From the human T2T-CHM13v2.0 reference genome, Homo sapiens: a DNA stretch of 64,000 nucleotides. The stretch lies in NCBI RefSeq assembly GCF_009914755.1, contig NC_060927.1, one strand, 5' to 3'. The notes under the pieces were generated by a model. That model searched no databases and was not told the origin of the DNA. It saw only the letters and a list, made by a program, of their open reading frames with translations. Below, piece after piece: positions 54,050 through 64,000 of this stretch; positions within the stretch are counted from its first letter, which is position 1; each line of letters begins with the position of its first letter. The translations under genes and the position numbers were made by a program.

Positions 54050-54791
54050 CTACAACAGACAAAACAAAGTAACCAAGGCAACAAGATTAAGTCATTTCAT
54101 CATCCAACTAACAGTACCACTTGGTATTTTAGTGCATCTCCACAGGAGATGTGCTATTGGCTTTGACAAAGTTCAACAATTTAGGCCATCTACCAATTTA
54201 TTTAAAGGCCGAAAATGACTTAACTGCCAGTAAAGTTCAACTGTTTAGGCCATCTGCTAATTTATCTAAAGGCCTAAAATGACTTAACTGTAGCATCCTC
54301 TACTTCATATTTCTTAATCCAAAACCAGAGGATGCATAACTTGTTTATGTTTTTACCATCAGCAGATAGAGATATGCATACTCAAGATATCATATACAAA
54401 AATGAGAAGGCAAGTGATCTACAGAAGAAAAAATAGCTGATAGATAAAAAAGCTGAGTAGATAATATTTTTATCAGAAAATTAGAAAGTGAAATGGGAGT
54501 CAACAAAACAATCACTATCTGAGGGAAGATGAACTGAAAAACTGAGATTCTTCAAGTATGGTAGGAAAGAAGTATCTGCACACCAGGATACCTTAAGATG
54601 CTTAAAAGTATCATATATGAATCCCAATCCCAAATTAATAAAAGTATGGCTAAACATAGCTATTTCTTGACCAGCATGACATCACAGAACTTCTAGTAAA
54701 AAATTACACACTAAAAAAAATCAAAGACTAATGTGAATGGCAGTGCACCTCAAAATAGACTTCAGAAATTTATGTTACAAATGACACTCAC

Positions 54792-54908
54792 CATCCCTGT
54801 CTTCATCATGCACATTTAAGTACAAATATTCCAATCCTCTTCCTTTCTTATACTCCTCTATTCCCTGAATTTTTCTTATTAAGCTTGTTTTTCCAGCTCC
54901 ATCTTCAC
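54792..54908 (-). CDS. DYNC1LI1: DYNC1LI1 exon 3 (117 nt): (G)[39 protein letters not shown]-loop
   Basis: atctag acceptor, GTGAGT donor; Walker A GEDGAGKT of the LIC G-like domain. Confidence 0.96.
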
Positions 54909-55055
54909 CTAGATATGTAAAAAAAGGATAAATCTTATAAATTATAACACCGATTATTTAAGGATGCTTTCTAGTACCAAGTGAAAAACCCAACTGGAAC
55001 TAGCTTCAACCAAAAAGGCAATTTGATGAAATATAATGGAGCAGCTACAGTATCA

Positions 55056-56217
<1,162 letters not shown>

Positions 56218-56699
56218 TCAATGTTTTGGTGAGGGCTTTTTAATATTGTGAGTATTTAAATGCTACTTACATGTTACTGTTCATGGACTTATTAGAATCA
56301 TAGTAATAGTATTTATAGATATAAAACTGGAGTTGCTTGAATCTAAGGACTTATTCCTGAAGATCTATGAGTTCTCTAAGAATTTAAAAATTGTCTTCAT
56401 TTCCATGTTAAGCTAAAAAAAACATATATGTCTTAAGTCTTTATATCTGAATGCTGCCACAAGATTGCAGTGCCCACCTCTGCAATGGTGTTTATAATCC
56501 TACTGGGGCCAAGGTGAAGCCAAGTGATGCAGACAGAACAGAAAAGAAAGTCAACACACAGGCATGCCAAATTCAAAGTATCCCAGAGCAGTCAATTCCA
56601 TATTCAACTGCACCAGGCAGACTGGTTCTTTTTATGAAACATTTTCTAATACTTCACAGCAATAAGTGTAACCTTAAATAGGTAATAAAAAAGGTGACA

Positions 56700-57825
56700 G
56701 TAAGAAATCCAAAGGAAGTAAATACGTTAAAGAGATATCTGTACTCCCATGTTCATTGCGGCATTATTCACAATAGCCAAGATATGGTATCAACCTAATT
56801 GTCCATCAACTCCATCAACAAATGAATAGATAAGGAAAATCTGGTACGTGTATGTGTGTATATGCACATATGTACATAATAGTATTGCATTGTGGGTATG
56901 TGTATGTATAATATATATGTGTGTGTATATGTTACATGTATACACATACACACACATATATATTATACACACACATACTCGCAATGCAATACTATTTAGC
57001 CTCAAAGAAGGAAGGAATTTCCATCATATGCAACAATATGAATGAACCTGGAAGGTTCATCATTATGTTAAATCAGGGGTCCCCAACCCACTGGGCTGTG
57101 GACCGGTACCAGTCTATGGCCTGTCAGGAACGAGGCCACACAGCAGGAGGTGAGCCGACAGCATTACCGCTGAGCTCCACCTCCCGTCAGATCAGCAGTG
57201 CCGGCATTAGATTCTCATAGGAGCCCAAACCCTAATGTGAACTGCGCACGCCTGGGGATCAAGGCTGCATGCTCCTTAGGAGAATCTAACTAATGCCTGA
57301 TGATCTGAGGTAAAAGAGTTTCATCCTGAAACGTCCCCACCCAGTCCATGGAAAAACTGTCTTCCATGAAGTCGGTTTCTGGTGCCCAAAAAGACTGGGG
57401 ACTGCTGTGTTAAATAAAACAAGCCAGGCACCGAAAAGCAAATGCTCCATGATCTCACTCATACATGCAACCTTAAAAAGTTGATCTTACAGAAGTTGAG
57501 AACACAACAGTAGTTACCGGGGACTGGGGCCATGGTAGGGAAGGGAGTTGGGGAGAGAGATGTTGGTCAAAGGTTACAGAATTTCAGTTAGACAGGAGGA
57601 ATACCTTCAAGAGACCTATTGTACAACTTGGTGACTATAGTTATTAACAATATGCTGTACTGAAAAATGCCAAGAGATTAGATTTAAGTGTTCTCACAAC
57701 AATGACAACTATGTGAGGTAATACATATGTTAATTAGCTTGATTTAGCCATTCCATAATGCATATATATACTCTAAAACTTCATGTACTGTAAATATATA
57801 CAATTTTACCTAATTTAAAAAAAGA
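56700..57825 (+). mobile_element. L1MA-like 3' end interrupted by a (TA/CA)n tract and MER1B
   Basis: CCCATGTTCATTGCGGCATTATTCACAATAGCCAAGATATGG and later L1MA 3' UTR motifs. Confidence 0.82.
57074..57407 (+). mobile_element. MER1B hAT MITE
   Basis: CAGGGGTCCCCAACC...TGGGGACTGCTG termini; perfect 8-bp TSD TGTTAAAT (57066-57073, 57408-57415). Confidence 0.9.
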
Positions 57826-59092
57826 ATTTGACACTAAATTTGTATTTTTCAGTACTATTTTTACAAAGTACCATTAAACTGGCCCATCAAAAAAAGAAAT
57901 TAGGTTTAAAAACAGTAATATCTATGATGACAATGATTCCCATAATGATCATGTTTAAAATGCTTAAAATGGAAATAACCAGTAAAAAATAAAATATAAA
58001 AATATTTCTTTCTATTACTAAACCCAACACTGGCATTTAATTTCAGCAAAACATCAGTTGTTATATTGATGTTTCTAATTTGAATTTTACCAAGTTCTAT
58101 AGTTTCTATGGCATTTAATTTATAAGTACTTATAAATCAGTATAGTTTCTACGGCATTTAATTTATAAGTACATTTAATTTATAATTTTGGGGTTTGGAG
58201 TTATTTGGGAACTATAAGCCAAAAAAAATAAGTATATCTAGTTGCCTCAGCAGACACAAGCATTAGACTTTATATAATAAAAATAATTTAAATCACCATG
58301 TGAAGAGATCTATGAATATCTTCCTTTAAAAGGAGCCTGAATCTGTTCTAGAACTAGGAAAAGAATCAAGATTTCTTAAGGTTTTTACTCTTATGACAGG
58401 CTACTTTCCTGAAAGAAATCCTCTAAGTTAAAATGATATCAACTTGATTTGGATTATCCCACAAAAACAATGTTTTGCACTGTAAGTAAAAACCTAGTGC
58501 CCAGCCTTATAACAGAAGCTTACTGAACAACACAATATTCAATAAGTATTTTGTAAAGCATACACAGATCCATAAAAATAAGCAGTAATTAGTTAAGTAA
58601 AACTACATATAATATGACCCAGGATTTATCTTATTTCTTTAATTCCCACTTTAAATGTTAGAAAATGAAAAGACACTACCTTGATTGAGCCATCCCACAA
58701 TGTACACACATTTCAAAACATATTGTACACAATATACACAATTTTTGTCAGTTTTAAAAAAGTGAAAAGACACCTTCATAAGGGTAAAAACTTCAGATGA
58801 GTTTATTTCAACTTATTTCTTAAAATATTAATATTTCAACTTACTTAAATATAAAGGCTTCCAAATAAAAAATACGTAGCTGCAGAAAATCTCATGCATA
58901 AGCAAAAGAATAGAAATCATATTATCTAGAAATAATCATTGATAATTTGGTTATCTCTGATGGCGATATTATGAGTAATTTTTTCAATAACAAGCTTGTG
59001 TCTTCCTTTTAGTTTAACTAATCTCTAAAGGTTTAAGTTAGTAGATTCAGAACAGATTTTGAGCCTGAATTCATGACATCAAAAATACTATT

Positions 59093-59407
<315 letters not shown>

Positions 59408-59569
59408 CTAACTATATAGGCTCACTATTTTAATTTCTTGCAGCCATCACTACAGCATGGTTGTTTCCTTTTTCTAAAGACTGAACAGGGTTCTCCTCCA
59501 CTTATCATAAGATCAGAGTTTATTCCTCTCTGTGAATGTTGTCAATCATTCGTTTCACTGGACGAATTA

Positions 59570-59972
59570 ATAATTTTCTAACTATTAGAACTATCAGAAT
59601 CACCTGCAGGATTTGTTATAAGGTATCAGAATCACCTGAGAAGTTTGTTAAAACACAGATTACTGGGACCCACCCCCTTAGTTTCTAATCCAGTAAATAT
59701 TGAGTGGGGCCTAAGAATCTGCATTTCTAACAAGTTTCCAGAGATGCTGATACTGCTGGTACAGAAGCCACATTGAAAACCATTCCATGGCTGGATGTGG
59801 TGGCTCATGCCTGCAAACCCAGAACTTTGGGAGCCGAGGCAGGTGGATCACTTGAGCCCAGGAGTTCAAGAGCCTGGGTGATCAAGTGAGATCCCATCTC
59901 TATTTATAGTTTTTAAATGTGTAAAAAAAATTTTAACAGCAAATTAAAAAAAAAAAAAAGAAAACCACTGCA
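59570..59972. mobile_element. MER5A-like element with an Alu monomer (59789-59905) in its end
   Basis: TATCAGAATCACCTG (duplicated)...GAATCTGCATTTCTAACAAG; GAAAACCA duplicated around the monomer. Confidence 0.7.
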
Positions 59973-61568
59973 TTAAACATTTATTAAACTAAGCCAAACA
60001 CTAAGAATATGAAGATCCTTATATCAAAATTGTTGTCCTCTAAGAGCTCATAAATTGGAAGGGGATAACAAATACGAAACAGTTTCAAGATATTGTCATT
60101 ACAACTACACCAGAGATATGCAACAAATCAGGAAGTCAGCCCAGAGGGAAGAGCCTGGTTTTACTTGGAAGTCAGAAGTCTTTGCAGAAAAGGTAACGCT
60201 TTAGTCAAATCTTGTACAGTTAATGAACCATGGAGAGTCTGTCATTCCAGGAAGTAAGAACACATGAAAAAAGCACATACAGAGACCCAGAAGCAAAGAA
60301 GCATCCTTCTAGGAAGGACAAATAATTTGAATGCATGAAATTTAGGATGTGAAGGGGAAAGGAAGCAAAAGGTGAAAACAAACAGTGGAGGCCAGATCAT
60401 GAAAGGCATCTTATGCCAAGCTGAGAAGGTCAGACTATTCTGAAGATGAGGAACCACTGGCACAGTTTAGGTACTTTAGAAAGAGTGCTATGGAAAAGTG
60501 TGGAAGAATGACTGACAAGAGTAAGTTTAGGAGTAAAGAGACAAGACAATAGGCTATTAATGGAGTCCTAGCAAAAAATGAGGTAGTTCTGAACTAAGGT
60601 ATGGAGGCAGAGACAACTATACTCAAAGGCTGATTTGGTTGGGAGTTGGCAGAGAGAAGAGGCAGACAGAGAAGTCAGAGAAGACTGCCTGGCTATAACT
60701 TCAGAAACACCATCCTCTTTACCAGCTGCCTCTGAAGTGTTTGGTCCTAAGTCTTTTTTGCAGACTGCTCTTCTATCCCTACCCAACATTTGTTACCTAG
60801 GGTTCCTTCCTCAGTCCTCTGCCCTTCTCACTCTATATGTAATTCCCAGAGACTGCAAATCCAGGACTTCAATTCCACCTAAAATCTGGTGACCCACAGA
60901 CTTCCTTCAAGGCTCAGCTTCTCCCAAACTACTTACTAGTCATTACTACTGGATGTCCCATGAATACCTCACATTTCAATATGCACAAAGCATTATCATC
61001 ATCTTGCCACTTCCCCCAAAACACTGACTTACATAATTAATATAAGATTCCAACCTCAAAGCCTTTATATCCACTATTCCCTCTACCTAGAACAAAGTTC
61101 CTTCAGATATCTGCATGTTGCCTAACCTCCTTTTTGCCTTCCCTTAAATATTACCTCCTCAGGTAGGCCTCCCTGACCACCTCATTCATTCATTCCTTCT
61201 TACAAACAAGTATTTACTATTCATTCATTCATTCATTTTAAAGACAGGTCTCACTCTGTTATCTTTCTTCATTCATTCACTCATTTTTAAAACAGGGTCT
61301 TCCTATGTTGTCCAGGATGGTCTCAAACTCCCGGCCTCAAGCATTCCTTCCACTTAGCCTCCCAAGCACTGGGATTACAAGCATGAGTCACTGAGACCCC
61401 CAGCTTTTCTTCCCCCATCTCATTTAGAATTACAACCTCCCAACATTCTTTATTTTTTTTTCCACTGAACATACTAAGATACTATGTATTTTACTTAGTC
61501 TCCCCCAACCTCAAAAGCAAGCTCCAGAAAAATAGGCATTTCTATTTTGTTCACTGCTGCATCCCTAG

Positions 61569-62310
<742 letters not shown>

Positions 62311-63806
62311 TAAAAAAGTGCTATCAATTCAGTTGCAGCCAAAAATTGATCCAAGTTTCACAAATCCCTAAATGCAGGATACAAATTTCGTCCCCTTACC
62401 TACTTTGAGAGTATTTTAAAACTATATTGTATATTAATGAGTTTGAAATGCAAAGGCCTAAAAAACTAGGACACAAAAAGGATAAAGTCAACATGTCTCC
62501 ACACAATAAATATTAAAGACTAGAATTATGTCCCTTCGCCCATACCTTAGTCAAATGGAGCCACTAGTGGTTCCCACTTCCCTCTCTACAGAAGCAGCAA
62601 GCAGCATACAGCAGTGAACACTTACAGAGTGCCTACCTGCAAGAGTATCCTGCCAACTGTAACTAACACAACAACTCTGAGGGGCGTGATTATCTCCCAT
62701 TTGGCAGGTAGGATGCTGAGGCTCAGTTAAGTACCTTATCCAAGTTCACACAGGTAGGAAATGACAGAGCCAGGTCTGGATTCATAGGAATTTAATGCCA
62801 AGGCACATTCTTCCTAATACTCAACAGTGCTGGTGTCTTTAGAGACCATTAAAGCAAGACTGTTTGGGAGCCATGGTGGCTCAGGGCTGTTGTCCTGGTG
62901 CATAAGGAGGCAAGGCTAGGCATTTGAGGCCAGCCTGGGCAACACAGAAACCTCTAATCTATGTAACAACAACAACAAAAAGACTGTTTATTATTTTTTG
63001 TATTATGACTCTCTGAAGAAAAAAGTTATCTCCACTTCCAAGAATCACTACTATTTTCAGAAGAGAAAGAAAATTAATGCACTCTTCTTTGTGGACTTCC
63101 TCTGAGTGACAGGTGGATATGTTCCTAGTCTTGTGAATCTAACTTGAAGTAGCAGAAATTTGTTTTACTATGCTGGTAATTTTTTCTCTGCTAGAATTTT
63201 ACATGATGACAGCTATTCCTCTTAACATTCAGTACTCTGTAGATGTGTTTTAAGTAAACTTTACAACATAAAATTTGAAAAAGGAAAGAGCATATGGTCA
63301 AATAAATGTAGTATGTTAAACATAGTAGTTTCAGATTATTTCCCCACCCTGTGATTTCAAAATTTCTCACTTCTTGTAACAAGTTAGAAATGGTCACACT
63401 GAGAATAAATAACATTTCATAAACACAGCATTTTGGGGCTACAAGGAACTGTAATAAATCCCCTCTTCTTACAAATGGGGAAACTGAGGCCAAGGCTACA
63501 GTCACAAAGATTGGTGGTAGCATAGAATAATCCATGCCTCCCAAGAGAATCCAAGTCAACCTCTGCAAGGGTACAACTCCCTTTAGCTCTTAGGGTAAAC
63601 AGAATAAGGAAAAAACAAAAACTTATTCCCAAGAATATTCTGACCACCTCACACAGTGCTTTGGCAGGAAGAAGGTTCTTAAAATGTTTCAGGAAGCATT
63701 TTATTTATTGAAACAAAATCTTTCTGGGAGCAAAATTTCTATCAACCACTCTTCCTCCTCTCTCATTTATCAACTTTAATAACATCTGGTAATTAAAATT
63801 TTTGAA

Positions 63807-64000
63807 TTTTTTTTTTTTTTTTTTTTTTTTTGAGACAGACTCTCACTTTGTCACCCAGGATGGAGTGCAATAGCGCAATCTTGGCTCACTGCAACCTCCG
63901 CATCCCGGGTTAAAGTGATTCTCCTGCCTCAGACTCTCGAGTAGCTGGGACTACAGGCGCATGCCACCATGCCCGGCTAGTTTTTGTGGTTTTAGTAGAG
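63807..64000 (-). mobile_element. Alu, cut by the window end
   Basis: Poly-T then antisense right arm. Confidence 0.92.

Overview
Human (primate) genomic DNA; the gene content matches chr3p22.3. Both protein-coding genes are on the minus strand. CMTM6 contributes its CpG-island promoter, coding exon 1 (11577-11714) and exon 2 (671-847), and continues beyond the left edge. DYNC1LI1 (dynein-1 light intermediate chain 1) contributes coding exons 3-13 (54908 down to the stop at 35751) and its 3' UTR; exons 1-2 lie beyond the right edge. All exon phases and lengths join into one frame. DYNC1LI1 intron 6 has a U12 (minor spliceosome) donor and branch point. The ~23 kb between the genes holds an ERV1-type solo LTR containing a MADE1 hairpin (matches MIR548AY as I recall it), an RPL31 processed pseudogene nested in an Alu, a Charlie1 hAT fossil, an MLT1D LTR split by an L1 5' fragment, and candidate CTCF, SRF and GGAA regulatory sites. 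About 55 Alus plus L1, L2, MIR and MER elements explain nearly every other ORF in the track. I see no convincing new protein-coding system; the findings are RNA-processing, regulatory and retrotransposition hypotheses. Repeat boundaries and subfamilies were read by eye and are approximate.
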